Of a stretch of 64,000 nucleotides of DNA, positions 63,301 to 64,000 are shown piece by piece (position 1 is the first letter of the stretch; the number at the start of each line of letters is the position of its first letter). Location: positions 165,212 through 229,211 of the forward strand of contig NW_002060971.1 of NCBI RefSeq assembly GCF_000150275.1. The letters are read 5' to 3'. The position numbers and the translations under genes were made by a program. The notes below the pieces were generated by a model that saw only the letters and a list, made by a program, of their open reading frames with translations, searched no databases and was not told where the DNA came from. Source of the stretch: Trichoplax adhaerens. Lineage: Eukaryota; Animalia; Placozoa.

Positions 63301-64000
63301 CCTATAGAAATTACACGTCTACCATCAACTGCTGAACAGAATGGATTAACATTCTTAGCAGAGTATCTTACTGATGCTAGAAATAACTATATCAAAGAAA
63401 AGAAAAATAGTAACCCAAACGATATCGAAGAAGGTTATAATGCTATCTTTTGACGTTTTATTCCATATCTTATTACAAATGTGTAATAACGTCATGCTGA
63501 TATCAATTAATTATTATCATCACTTAATTTATATACAGGGAAGAAACGAGATAGTTTATTGCAAGTTATTGATACAACTTTGTTAAAATGCTATATAAAG
63601 GTATCGTAAATTATTTTATAGACGTATGCCTTTGCCGTATTATCGTGGAAATTACTGACATAATTTAACTTGCATGTTTCCCTTCTTAGACTGGCAATGG
63701 TGTAGTAAAATCTCTCTTACGCCTTAAAGATAACAATTGTCATATAGATACAAGTGTTAAAGTCCTAAAAGAAACGAACAGTTTGGAAGAACTTGTTATA
63801 CTTTATGAAAGTAAAGGGCTACATGAACGAGGTATGGATTCCTTTCGTTTTAGCTTTGTTCTTATGCTACCTAATTTAATTGCAACTTTTAATAAACAAC
63901 AAGATGGCATGCTTCTAAATTTTAAATTAAGCAACGTTCTTTACTAATTGTGGTTAAATTGATAGTCGAATTTGTTGATATATTTTCATTTCAGCTCTAG
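60366..64000 (+). CDS. VPS39: Vam6/Vps39 HOPS subunit (CNH domain N-terminal; 3' end beyond window)
   Basis: MPHTAFEKVSVVEKLP; LLVGTRDG; KNFSKKPIVQ; KTRGATLFA; LCVAVKKKLQ; PDLSVPDTP; IIIGLFPGL; VIDTTLLKCY; LLRLKDNNCH; LVILYESKGLHERAL. Confidence 0.93.

Overview
Eukaryotic (animal) genomic DNA, AT-rich, with compact genes and mostly 70-100 bp GT-AG introns. The style suggests a placozoan-like non-bilaterian, but that is inference only. Eight intron-containing genes were reconstructed by hand: a signal peptide-LRR-SRCRx3-(LDLa-MAM)n mosaic protein (-, runs off the left edge), TMX1 (+), CRNKL1/crooked neck (-), SRP54 (+), AKT (+), an RGS22-like gene (-), SRP14 (-) and VPS39 (+, runs off the right edge). 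Most ORFs in the supplied track are exon fragments or artefacts of repeats. The main unexplained signal is at the three head-to-head promoter regions and the AKT promoter. They are paved with chains of the form TA-(CAG|CTG|CCG|CGG|CAGTG|CACTG)-TA, matching the repair footprints left by excision of Tc1/mariner-type transposons. Paralogous repeat copies differ by whole units of mixed type inserted at the same TA, which argues against simple slippage. I propose 'excision-footprint islands' that mark open housekeeping promoters, accompanied by local tandem duplications. No transposase, RNA gene or CRISPR array was recognised.
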